Assembly: GCA_947625535.1 (NCBI GenBank)
Contig: CANQOR010000001.1
Span: 2,661 to 66,660, forward strand
DNA length: 64,000 nt
Origin: an uncultured Bacilli bacterium
GTDB taxonomy: Bacteria; Bacillota_I; Bacilli_A; RF39; UBA660
Direction of reading: 5' to 3'
In this document: one piece after another, positions 10,335 to 19,451 of the stretch
Layout: every line of letters begins with the position of its first letter
Position numbering within the stretch: position 1 is the first letter of the stretch
The notes under the pieces: generated by a model
Told to the model about the DNA's origin: nothing
The model's input: only the letters and a program-made list of their open reading frames with translations
Databases searched by the model: none
Translations under genes and position numbers: made by a program

Positions 10335-11714
10335 TTAGAAGTCAATTTTTTCTTTGATATAATCTGCTACTTCATTAATATTTAATTTAATTTGTTCCAT
10401 AGTATCACGATCTCTTATAGTAACTATATTATTTTCTAATGTTTCATCATCAACTGTAATACTAAATGGTGTACCTACAGCATCATTACGACGATATCTT
10501 TTACCTATTGAACCTGATTCATCATATGTAACATAGAAATCTTTACATAGTAAAGAATATAATTCCATAGCTTTATCTTTATGAACTTTTTTAATAAGTG
10601 GTAAAATTGTTGCTTTAATAGGAGCTAATGAAGGATGAATACGTAAGACTTCTCTAGTATCATTGTTAGGTAATTCTTCTATTTCATATGCATTACAAAT
10701 AAAAGCTAAGATAGCACGATCTAGACCTAGGGATGGTTCTATTACAAATGGTGTATATCTTTCATTAGTTTCAGGATCTAAGTATCTTAAATCTTGTTTA
10801 GAATGTTCCATATGAACAGATAAGTCATAATCAGTACGATCAGCAATACCCCATAATTCACCCCATCCCATTGGGAATAAGAATTCGATATCAGTAGTAG
10901 CTTTACTATAGAAAGATAATTCTTCTTTAGAGTGATCACGATAACGTAGTTTATCATTTTTAATACCTAAAGATTTTAACCAATCAATACAATAATTTTT
11001 CCAATAACCAAACCATTCTAAGTCAGTATCTGGTTTACAGAAGAATTCTAGTTCCATTTGTTCAAATTCTCTAGTTCTAAAAGTAAAATTACCAGGAGTT
11101 ATTTCGTTACGGAAACTTTTACCTGTTTGACCAATACCAAATGGTATTTTAGCACGCATACTTCTTTGAACATTTAAGAAGTTAACAAAGATACCTTGTG
11201 CTGTTTCACCACGTAAATAGACTTTAGACTTAGTATCTTCAGTTACACCTTGATGAGTTTCAAATAGTAAGTTAAATTTTCTAATTGGAGTAAATTCTTC
11301 AGAACCACATTTAGGACATGTAATATGATTATCACTAATAAATTTTTCAATTTTTTCATTGTCCCAACCGTCAGCTGTTTCTTTACCACCTGTAAATTCT
11401 TCAATTAATTTATCAGCACGATGACGGCTTTTACATTTTTTACAATCGATAAGAGGGTCGTTAAAGTTTGTAACGTGACCACTTGCTACCCATACTTCAG
11501 GATTCATAAGGATAGCAGCATCTAAACCATAATTATAGGGATTTTCTTGAATAAATTTTTTCCACCAAGCACGACGAACGTTTTCTTTTAATTCTCTTCC
11601 TAAAGGTCCATAATCCCAAGTATTTGATAAACCACCATATATTTCACTTCCTTGGAATATAAAACCATATTGTTTACAATAGTTAGCAATATCTTCCATT
11701 TTAATTTCTTTCAT
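10335..11714 (-). CDS. glyQS: Glycine--tRNA ligase (homodimeric class IIa type)
   Basis: [31 protein letters not shown]. Start moved to MKEIKMED at 11714 (GAGAGGA RBS); the longer ORF start lies inside the T-box. Confidence 0.96.
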   Translation of the reverse strand: MKEIKMEDIANYCKQYGFIFQGSEIYGGLSNTWDYGPLGRELKENVRRAWWKKFIQENPYNYGLDAAILMNPEVWVASGHVTNFNDPLIDCKKCKSRHRADKLIEEFTGGKETADGWDNEKIEKFISDNHITCPKCGSEEFTPIRKFNLLFETHQGVTEDTKSKVYLRGETAQGIFVNFLNVQRSMRAKIPFGIGQTGKSFRNEITPGNFTFRTREFEQMELEFFCKPDTDLEWFGYWKNYCIDWLKSLGIKNDKLRYRDHSKEELSFYSKATTDIEFLFPMGWGELWGIADRTDYDLSVHMEHSKQDLRYLDPETNERYTPFVIEPSLGLDRAILAFICNAYEIEELPNNDTREVLRIHPSLAPIKATILPLIKKVHKDKAMELYSLLCKDFYVTYDESGSIGKRYRRNDAVGTPFSITVDDETLENNIVTIRDRDTMEQIKLNINEVADYIKEKIDF

Positions 11715-11748
11715 AATTATTCCTCTCTTTCTTAAATGATTTTTTAAT

Positions 11749-11866
11749 AAAAAAACTTCTAGAAATATGTAGGAACGAGTATTAACCCGCGGTTCCATCC
11801 TACTTATTTCTAGAAGAAATCACCTTATTTTATATAGCTCATGGTTGCCAACCCACTCATCGCTTG
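11749..11866 (-). promoter_or_regulatory. Glycine T-box riboswitch, miniature architecture
   Basis: T-box GTAGGA-TGGAACC-GCGGG...CTCGT-TCCTAC; K-turn stem AGCGATGA...GAGCT with GGC in its loop; T7 tract. Confidence 0.85.
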
Positions 11867-11875
11867 TATGAATTA

Positions 11876-11903
11876 ATTATAACAAATTATTTTTTTAAGT
11901 CAA
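11876..11903 (-). promoter_or_regulatory. SigA promoter of the glyQS leader
   Basis: TTGACT-16 nt-TATAAT with TGn extended -10. Confidence 0.75.
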
Positions 11904-11917
11904 TGTTTACTTAATTA

Positions 11918-12808
11918 TTAATGTTTAAAAATACTTTTGATTTTACCAATAGGACTAGCACTAGAAGCTGTTTTGTCTATCTTGGCAATAATATCATTTT
12001 TACTATTATTTAAAGCATCATATAATTCATTTAAGGTTTTATACTTAGTAATTTGGTATTCTTTGAATTTAGAATTATCATCATAGTATTTTATCGTTAA
12101 ATTACGATATACACATCTTACCTTATCAGGGACTTTTAGGACTTCACAACCTAATAAGTCTTTAAAGTAAGCAATTATAACTTTATTAATATTTTTATAA
12201 TCGTGTTTAACAGCAGTAGATATTTTAGAATTAAATTTATAAGAAGTAATTTCGTTAATTATTTCCTCTATTTTGTCGCATAATTCTATATCATCTAACA
12301 TACGGCCATCAGCTTCATGAATTTTTAGTATTGAGTCTTTTTCTTCTTCACTTAAGTCTACAAGATATTTTTCTTTTTCATCGATGTCTACAAGACGATT
12401 ATATGTACTTAATATTAAATTTACATCATTCCAAAATCTTGGATTTAAATCACAATCCGTTTCATAATTATCATCAGGATATATTTCATTAAATTGTTTT
12501 AGAAAACATTTTAATTTTAGAATATAAGCATCAACATTAAAAGGTTCATTATCAATAATTACGTTTAAAACTGTTTGACATTCTTCATATTCGTTTAATT
12601 TAAAATATTTTTTAGCATCACTTAGACGATCTTCATTATCTTTAATACCTGATACTTTAACATTACCTGATAGTTCAAGTTTGTATTTGGCAACTGCATC
12701 TTCAATTAGAATATTAGAGTGACAATATTCACACTCAGCAAACTCATCGTTGGGATTTAATTTTAAATTAGCTCCACAATTTGGACATTTAGCAGCTTTT
12801 AATTTCAT
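11918..12808 (-). CDS. N-terminal zinc-ribbon protein with TPR-like helices
   Basis: CPNCG...CEYC; AKKYFKLNEYEEC...EPFNVDAY. Confidence 0.7.
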   Translation of the reverse strand: MKLKAAKCPNCGANLKLNPNDEFAECEYCHSNILIEDAVAKYKLELSGNVKVSGIKDNEDRLSDAKKYFKLNEYEECQTVLNVIIDNEPFNVDAYILKLKCFLKQFNEIYPDDNYETDCDLNPRFWNDVNLILSTYNRLVDIDEKEKYLVDLSEEEKDSILKIHEADGRMLDDIELCDKIEEIINEITSYKFNSKISTAVKHDYKNINKVIIAYFKDLLGCEVLKVPDKVRCVYRNLTIKYYDDNSKFKEYQITKYKTLNELYDALNNSKNDIIAKIDKTASSASPIGKIKSIFKH

Positions 12809-12823
12809 TTTTATTCCTTTTTT

Positions 12824-13429
12824 CTATAAAACTGTTTCATTCCATTTTAAGGCTTTTTTATCCCAAACGTATTTAACTTTTAGGTGGCTTTCCATATCTT
12901 CAGTTATTTCTTTAGCTAAATTAAATGCTTTATTAGATTTGATAAATTTAACTAGTGAAATAATAAACAAGATAGGAGTTATAATTGCACCTAAAGCAAG
13001 ACCGATAATGGCCATAATACAACCTACATTACCTGAATTTTTTTCAAATTTTACTTCACCAAACATATTGGTTCTGGCAGTATATGAAACATTTCCGGTT
13101 TGTTCATTGTATTTATCGACATCATCACCCCAGGTAAAGAATTTCCATGCTGATGCAGCACCTACTAAGACCATTGCTAAACCTTGACTACCAGCTATAG
13201 CTGCTATTATACCAGCAACATATAAGCCACCTAAAATACACATACTAATTAAATTGCCTCTTTTAGTGTCTGTTGCTTCACTTAAAACAACAGTCATTCG
13301 AAGTAACAATTTTTTTAGTGTCCATGTTTTTTCGTCGCTCGCATCAACTTCTGATAAAAGTTGGTGTAAGCTACGATTGGCGTTAATCTTCTCTCTTATC
13401 CCCTGTTCCCAGTCTTTGTCTTTTTCCAT
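12824..13429 (-). CDS. Hypothetical membrane protein (about 3 TM)
   Basis: Start moved to MEKDKDW at 13429 (GAAGGAAAG RBS); hydrophobic segments. Confidence 0.7.
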   Translation of the reverse strand: MEKDKDWEQGIREKINANRSLHQLLSEVDASDEKTWTLKKLLLRMTVVLSEATDTKRGNLISMCILGGLYVAGIIAAIAGSQGLAMVLVGAASAWKFFTWGDDVDKYNEQTGNVSYTARTNMFGEVKFEKNSGNVGCIMAIIGLALGAIITPILFIISLVKFIKSNKAFNLAKEITEDMESHLKVKYVWDKKALKWNETVL

Positions 13430-13461
13430 TTTATCTTTCCTTCTTTCCCATTTATAATAAT

Positions 13462-13492
13462 ATTCTACCCCCCCCCGGTCTACATTTGTCAA
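13462..13492 (-). promoter_or_regulatory. SigA promoter with a G9 tract in its spacer
   Basis: TTGACA-AATGTAGACC-GGGGGGGGG-TAGAAT (19-nt spacer). Confidence 0.7.
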
Positions 13493-13539
13493 CAAAAATA
13501 TATTTATTTCGACGAACATTTTAGGCACAAAAAAATAAC

Positions 13540-14283
13540 TTAATTTAAGTTATTTATTTTATGTAAGAAGTCTTTACTTTTCAAATATAAGCCTGTATAT
13601 CTATCATAGTATTTATTTAAGAAATAATTAATTTCTTCAGAGACATCTTTACTTATCTTAATATCTGTTATAGTACTTATATCTATTAAATAATACATTC
13701 TAATTAATTTAATAGCTTTAGGAGATATTAATTTTTCATTAGTATAACAATCTTGACAAATAAATCCTCCTTCATCAGGATCTAAAGTAACTATTTTAGT
13801 TTTATTACCACATTTAATACAAGAATCTAAGTTTAATCCTACTCCTAAATATTCTAAGTATTTTAATTCTAATATATTAGTTAATATTTGAGGATTTTGT
13901 TTATCATTTATTTTAAGAATAGTATTTTTAAATATATCATAAATATTAGGATCATTATTTTGTTTTATTACTTGGTAAGTTAAATCAGTTAAGTAAGACA
14001 TATAACTTATTAAAGTTATATCTTCTTTAATATTAGATAAATTATTTATTATATCGACATCTATTAAAGTAGATAGTTTATTTTCATTATATCTAATATG
14101 AAAGTAAGCATAAGTAAATTTTAAGGTTTTAGTACGTAAAGGGCTTTTAATACTTTTAGCATTATGACACATAATACCTATTAAACCTTTTTCTTTAGTT
14201 AAAACATTTATTATTTTAGAATGATCTCCATAAGGAGTTTCTGTTATTATAATACCTTCAAATTTACTTATCATATTAATCAC
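13540..14283 (-). CDS. recO: DNA repair protein RecO
   Basis: N-terminal OB-fold pattern (GIIITETPYGDHSKI), CIKC...CQDC; downstream of era. Confidence 0.93.
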   Translation of the reverse strand: MINMISKFEGIIITETPYGDHSKIINVLTKEKGLIGIMCHNAKSIKSPLRTKTLKFTYAYFHIRYNENKLSTLIDVDIINNLSNIKEDITLISYMSYLTDLTYQVIKQNNDPNIYDIFKNTILKINDKQNPQILTNILELKYLEYLGVGLNLDSCIKCGNKTKIVTLDPDEGGFICQDCYTNEKLISPKAIKLIRMYYLIDISTITDIKISKDVSEEINYFLNKYYDRYTGLYLKSKDFLHKINNLN

Positions 14284-14285
14284 TT

Positions 14286-14366
14286 CTATTTTATATTTTT
14301 ATATTTTAAATAATCTTCTATTTTACCTGTTTTTTTAAATTTATTCCATGCTTCTTTTTTATTCAT
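14286..14366 (-). CDS. yqzL: YqzL-family small protein (26 aa)
   Basis: Manual translation MNKKEAWNKFKKTGKIEDYLKYKNIK; W..F..TG.I..YL motif; era-yqzL-recO order as in Bacillus. Confidence 0.75.
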   Translation of the reverse strand: MNKKEAWNKFKKTGKIEDYLKYKNIK

Positions 14367-14422
14367 AAAAAGAACCCATCCTTTCTAATAATATAATGGG
14401 TTCTTTATTTATTTTTTATTCA

Positions 14423-15313
14423 TTAAATAAAATCTTTTTCATTAAAACCTAGTTCATTTAAGTATCTTTCTTTATCACGCCAATTACGAATAGTTTTAAC
14501 ATATAGTTCAAGATATACTTGTTTACCTACTAACTTTTCTATATCTTTGCGAGCTTCAATACCAACTTCTTTTAGTAAAGAACCTTGTTTACCAATTACT
14601 ATTTTTTTAATAGAGTCACGATCAACGATTATATCTACTGTAATATTGACAATATTCTTTTTATCTTCATATTTAGATGTTATACATGTAATACTATGAG
14701 GTATTTCTTCTTCAGTTAATCTAAATATCTTTTCACGGACAAATTCACTTACTAAGAAACTTAATGTATTAGTAGTAATTGTATCTTCATCAAAATAACG
14801 CATATTATCAGTTAAATATTTTTTTATAACATCTATTAATGTTTTAACATTATTATTATTTAATGCTGATACTGGGACTATCTCAGCAAAAGCATATAAA
14901 TCTTTATAATTATTAATAGCTCTTAGTAATTCTTGATCTGTCATTTTATCTATTTTATTTAATACAAGAATTACACTAGCATCAGTACCTTCTAAAGAAC
15001 TAATTATTTTTTTATCACCAGGTCCTAAACCTTCTTTAGCATCTACTACTAATAAAATAACATCAACATCTTTAGTAAGACTTTGAGCTTCCTTATTTAA
15101 GAATTTACCTAATTTATTAATTGGTTTATGAATACCAGGAGTATCGACAAATACTATTTGATAGCCTTCTTCATTATAAATACCTTGAATAATATTTCTT
15201 GTAGTTTGAGGTTTATTTGAAGTAATAGCTATTTTTTCATTAATTATAGTATTTAATAAAGTAGATTTACCGACATTAGGACGACCTATTAAACTAACAA
15301 AACCACTTTTCAT
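14423..15313 (-). CDS. era: GTPase Era
   Basis: GRPNVGKSTL, DTPG, NKID, KH domain VIGKQG. Confidence 0.97.
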   Translation of the reverse strand: MKSGFVSLIGRPNVGKSTLLNTIINEKIAITSNKPQTTRNIIQGIYNEEGYQIVFVDTPGIHKPINKLGKFLNKEAQSLTKDVDVILLVVDAKEGLGPGDKKIISSLEGTDASVILVLNKIDKMTDQELLRAINNYKDLYAFAEIVPVSALNNNNVKTLIDVIKKYLTDNMRYFDEDTITTNTLSFLVSEFVREKIFRLTEEEIPHSITCITSKYEDKKNIVNITVDIIVDRDSIKKIVIGKQGSLLKEVGIEARKDIEKLVGKQVYLELYVKTIRNWRDKERYLNELGFNEKDFI

Positions 15314-15720
15314 TAAAATACCTTACCTATTAAATCTATAATATGAGGTATGTAAATGACAAAACCAATACCTGCGGCCATCATAGCTAGAACAAAGGTA
15401 GCTGCACTACCACAGTCTTTAGCTATTTTAGCTAAAGGGTGAATTTCTAAAGTTACTAAGTCAACTACAGCTTCAATAGCTGTATTAATTAATTCAGCTG
15501 ATAAAACCATACCAATAGCTAATAAACTAATTAACCATTCGTAACCTTTGACGCGAAAAAAGATGTTAGCACCTATTACACAGATAGTTGCAATAACATG
15601 TATTAACATACTTTGTTCATATTTATATGCATATATTAAACCTTCTATAGAATATTTAAAACTTCTAAAGAAACGACCAAAACCTCTTTTTTTAATTTCA
15701 TCTCTGGATATTTTCGTCAC
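15313..15720 (-). CDS. dgkA: Diacylglycerol/undecaprenol kinase
   Basis: ELINTAIEAVVD, AKIAKD; ybeY-dgkA-era order. Confidence 0.92.
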   Translation of the reverse strand: MTKISRDEIKKRGFGRFFRSFKYSIEGLIYAYKYEQSMLIHVIATICVIGANIFFRVKGYEWLISLLAIGMVLSAELINTAIEAVVDLVTLEIHPLAKIAKDCGSAATFVLAMMAAGIGFVIYIPHIIDLIGKVF

Positions 15721-16141
15721 TTAACATCAACTCCTGTAAAGAAAACATTACTTCTTCATCTTCTTTTTGCATATGATCATAACCTAATAAATGTAATAAG
15801 CCATGAACTGCTAGGAAAGATAGTTCTCTTTTTTCACTATGACCATAATCTAATGCTTGTCTTTTCATTTGGGGAATACATATATAAATGTCACCAAGCA
15901 TTCGTATACCATTATACCCTAAATCATCACTATCTTCAAATGCAAATGAAATAACATCTGTAATACGATCAACATGACGATAATCACGGTTAATTTGATG
16001 TATTTCATCATCACCTACAAATATAATAGAAAAGACAGCATTATTAACTTTTTCATGTTCTAAAGTATGATCTAATAAACTATATAAATAGTCATAATCT
16101 TTATATAAATTATTATCTTCTATAGTATAATTATTTTCCAT
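15698..16141 (-). CDS. ybeY: rRNA maturation RNase YbeY
   Basis: TDVISF, HGLLHLLGYDH. Confidence 0.96.
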   Translation of the reverse strand: MENNYTIEDNNLYKDYDYLYSLLDHTLEHEKVNNAVFSIIFVGDDEIHQINRDYRHVDRITDVISFAFEDSDDLGYNGIRMLGDIYICIPQMKRQALDYGHSEKRELSFLAVHGLLHLLGYDHMQKEDEEVMFSLQELMLSDENIQR

Positions 16142-16147
16142 TAAATC

Positions 16148-16777
16148 TTAAGCCCCCCATATACTACCAAATAATAATATAATAGCTATTAATACTAAGA
16201 TAGCTAATATATTATAAAAAATATTATTATGTAAAAATCCTGGTAAATGATTTTTAATAGCACGAATACTTATATAGAACATAAATCCTATAATAGATCC
16301 TAATACATTTAATATTATGTCATCAACATCAAAAGCACGACCTATTTTATACTGAATTGCTTCTGCTGTCAAACTTATGATAATAGAAACAAATAAAATA
16401 TGAGATATTCTTTTTGCTTTTAAATAATCAGAAACAAAATAACCAAAGGGAATAAATAAAACTATATTACCTATTACATTATAATAAAAAGCTTTAGAAC
16501 CTATTGAATATCTAGTCATTTCATAGAAAGGAATAAAATTTATACCATTAGCAGCATTTTCTGTACTTAGTAATAAATAATATAATAATAAAATATAGAT
16601 AGTAAATAATAAAGAATAGAATTCTTTATAAAAGATAAATTTATCATGATTTATATAGACACGAGATAGTTTTAGAACAAGCATTATTATTATAAATAGA
16701 GTTAACATTGGCCAAGTATTTTTTATTGCTGTATAAAATGTATCATAAAATATTGATAAATTATGCATATTATTCAT
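16148..16777 (-). CDS. VanZ-family membrane protein
   Basis: NFIPF, GNIVLFIPFG, E..Q...GRAFDVDDIILN. Confidence 0.88.
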   Translation of the reverse strand: MNNMHNLSIFYDTFYTAIKNTWPMLTLFIIIMLVLKLSRVYINHDKFIFYKEFYSLLFTIYILLLYYLLLSTENAANGINFIPFYEMTRYSIGSKAFYYNVIGNIVLFIPFGYFVSDYLKAKRISHILFVSIIISLTAEAIQYKIGRAFDVDDIILNVLGSIIGFMFYISIRAIKNHLPGFLHNNIFYNILAILVLIAIILLFGSIWGA

Positions 16778-16787
16778 CCTTTACTAA

Positions 16788-17912
16788 TTATTCATCTTTA
16801 TTAATAACTTGTTTACCTATTTCTTCTTCTGCTACTATAAATAATTCTATATTTATTTTACTATTATTTATATCTTTTTTCAAAACTTTTTGATCAATTA
16901 TATAGTATTCTCCTTTTAAAGTATGTTTTAACTTATTATCTATTTCTTTTTTTATATTATCTTCTAGTTCTTTAGTACTATATTCTTTTAATATAGTGTT
17001 TATAGCTATTTCTTTTTGAATATATAGTTCAAACCCTAGTAGATTGATTATTTTATTATTCTCTACTAAATACTTGTCTAAACGGCTTTTAAAGACCTTA
17101 GAAGACTTATTATGATATTTATATAATAAATTATATCTTGTTTTATTTAATTTAGTTATTTCTTCATAATATCTAGGTAAAGATAAATTAATAGTATACC
17201 AAGTACGTCCATATACTTTACCACTAGCACATACTTTATTTTTTAATTCATTATTATAAGTTATATCTCCTGATATAATAATATCTCCTTTTTTAACAGA
17301 ATCATTAATATCTTTTATTTCAGTACCTTTACTAGTTATTATTCTAGTAATAATACTATCTTTAGTAGATATAATATGACAATAAGAATAAGATTCTTCT
17401 TTATTCTTAGATATTTTAGGTTCTATATTAATAATATATTTCATACCTACTATTTCAATATTTAACCATTCTATTAAATCTTTATTATTATTTTTAATAT
17501 TATCTTTAATTATTTCTATATCTTGATAATTTTTAATAATAGAATACTTAGTAATACCATTTTTATCTAATTCATTTAATAAGATACTTTTAAGTTCTTT
17601 ATTCTCAGTTATTACTTCTATATTAATAGTAAATCTAGTAAAGATAAATATTAAGATAATTATAAATAAAAGATAAATAAAAGATAGATAGTTATTTTTA
17701 ATATAATTAATTAATCTTTTAGTTCCATAATAGTTATTTATTTTATAATTATAAAATTTACTTAATATTTTTAAATCTTTATCTTTTATTTTTATAGTAA
17801 TACTATCTTTATTATAATTAATATAATATATATTTATATTTAAATTTCTAAGGTATTTAATGGTTTTATTAGGTGATTTAGTTTTAATACTAATAGATAT
17901 TAAATTATTTAT
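16788..17912 (-). CDS. yqfD: Sporulation protein YqfD (SpoIV); frame open upstream of the annotated ATG, putative ATA start
   Basis: No stop from 17445 to 17921; upstream part has TM and IEWLNIEIVG; C-terminal VKKGDIIISG, ASGKVYGRTWY; follows yqfC. Confidence 0.75.
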   Translation of the reverse strand: MNNLISISIKTKSPNKTIKYLRNLNINIYYINYNKDSITIKIKDKDLKILSKFYNYKINNYYGTKRLINYIKNNYLSFIYLLFIIILIFIFTRFTINIEVITENKELKSILLNELDKNGITKYSIIKNYQDIEIIKDNIKNNNKDLIEWLNIEIVGMKYIINIEPKISKNKEESYSYCHIISTKDSIITRIITSKGTEIKDINDSVKKGDIIISGDITYNNELKNKVCASGKVYGRTWYTINLSLPRYYEEITKLNKTRYNLLYKYHNKSSKVFKSRLDKYLVENNKIINLLGFELYIQKEIAINTILKEYSTKELEDNIKKEIDNKLKHTLKGEYYIIDQKVLKKDINNSKINIELFIVAEEEIGKQVINKDE

Positions 17913-18147
17913 AGTTATATATTAAACTTTCTATTTGACCATTAAATAATATTTCTTTATCAAACATTTTAACTATTTTAAAATTAGTTCCTTTTATTAT
18001 GATATTAAAATTAGATATTTTTATAATAATTTGGTTATCGGTTATAGATATTAATTTTTCATAGTTATTTATATATATTTTATTATTAGTTAAATTAATA
18101 GAATAAGCTTCATTGATAAAGATATCTCTTAGATTATTAATTAACAT
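17905..18147 (-). CDS. yqfC: YabP/YqfC-family sporulation protein
   Basis: IYINNYEKLISITDNQI...IIIKG...ILFNGQIESL; precedes yqfD; CATATACT SigE-like -10 upstream. Confidence 0.82.
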   Translation of the reverse strand: MLINNLRDIFINEAYSINLTNNKIYINNYEKLISITDNQIIIKISNFNIIIKGTNFKIVKMFDKEILFNGQIESLIYNYK

Positions 18148-18197
18148 AATATCACCTAGTAAAGTATATGAAAAAAGAATACTTATTAGTATTCTAA

Positions 18198-19451
18198 TTA
18201 TTTTAATTTAAAGATTTCTTTTATAACTCTTTCTGAAGCATTACCATCATCTAAGTAATTAAATTTTTCATTAAACTTTTTATATTTTTTAGCATACTTA
18301 GGTTGATCTTCAATAATAGTTTCTAGGTTTTTTTCTAGTTGTTCTTGAGTTTCAGCGATTGGACCTGGTAATTCATCTAAATCTAGGTAAAAGTCTCTTA
18401 ATTTGCCTTTATATAAGTCTAAATCATACATATAGAATAACATAGGTCTTTTTAAGTTAGCAAAATCAAAGAAGACACTTGAATAGTCAGTCATAATGAT
18501 ATCACTTATTATATACATATCATTTATATCATCATTACCTGATACATCAATTACAAAACCTTTATATTTACTTACATCTACTTGTTTAGCCACAAAGTAG
18601 TGAGGACTAAATAGAATAATATATTTATCTTTAAATTTTTTAGCTAAAGAGTCAAAGTCTATACCTAAGTTATATGTATATCCTACTCCTGATTCATGTT
18701 GGTTATCTCTAAATGTCGGCAAATAGAAGATAATCTTTTTATCTTTAGGGATATTGTATTTATCTTTTATTCTTTTAATATCTTTATCTGTATAATGGAA
18801 TAATGAATCATTACGAGGATAACCTTTTTCAATAATAATATCTTCTAAGCCAAGATTTTTTAAGTTAAAAGCTGATGTAAATTTTTCAGTACAAAATTTA
18901 GATGGAGAGATAAAGTAATCAAATCTTTTAGCATCAATATCATTTCTCTTTCTTATTTCTTCAATAGTATTTAAAACACTACCATCTACTTCAATATCAC
19001 ATCTTAATCTTTTTAATGGTGTACCATGCCAACATTGAACATATACTTGGTTTTCTTTCTTTTTTATGCCTTCTTCTACGATAGAATTAACTATCCAGTA
19101 TTTAGCTATAGAAAAATATTTATAATAATCTTTAGAACCATGTTTAATAATAATTAAGTTTTTAGATTTTTTTACTTCATGTTTTTCTGGATCAACAAAA
19201 GACCAAACGAAAGTATAATCTTTAAATTCTTTCATTTCTAACATTTTTTCGTATATAGCTTTAGGACTACAACCATAAGTACGTCCATTAAATGTTTCAA
19301 ATAAAATTGTCTTATCATCTACTTTATACTTAATTAAATAGTGATGATAAGAAAGTTTTCTTCTCATCATATTAGCTTTTCTAAATATTTTTCTTAAAAA
19401 GACATTCTTCTTAGAAATATCTACTATTAATTTTTTTAATTTTTTTATCAT
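18198..19451 (-). CDS. CDP-glycerol glycerophosphotransferase family (TagF-like)
   Basis: QCWHGTPLKR, GYPRND, YLPTFRD, TDYSSVFFDF. Confidence 0.92.
   Translation of the reverse strand: MIKKLKKLIVDISKKNVFLRKIFRKANMMRRKLSYHHYLIKYKVDDKTILFETFNGRTYGCSPKAIYEKMLEMKEFKDYTFVWSFVDPEKHEVKKSKNLIIIKHGSKDYYKYFSIAKYWIVNSIVEEGIKKKENQVYVQCWHGTPLKRLRCDIEVDGSVLNTIEEIRKRNDIDAKRFDYFISPSKFCTEKFTSAFNLKNLGLEDIIIEKGYPRNDSLFHYTDKDIKRIKDKYNIPKDKKIIFYLPTFRDNQHESGVGYTYNLGIDFDSLAKKFKDKYIILFSPHYFVAKQVDVSKYKGFVIDVSGNDDINDMYIISDIIMTDYSSVFFDFANLKRPMLFYMYDLDLYKGKLRDFYLDLDELPGPIAETQEQLEKNLETIIEDQPKYAKKYKKFNEKFNYLDDGNASERVIKEIFKLK

Noticed and set aside
11715-11798. N-terminal extension [10 protein letters not shown]... of GlyQS, or a leader peptide
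   Set aside because: Runs through the T-box and terminator; the real start has an RBS at 11714
12750-13457. Plus-strand ORFs 12750-13187 and 13254-13457
   Set aside because: Antisense shadows of the minus-strand membrane protein, which has a promoter and RBS
13430-13528. G9 tract as a coding frameshift switch in ORF 12824-13528
   Set aside because: The tract lies upstream of the RBS-supported ATG and exactly between -35 and -10 boxes, so a promoter role fits better
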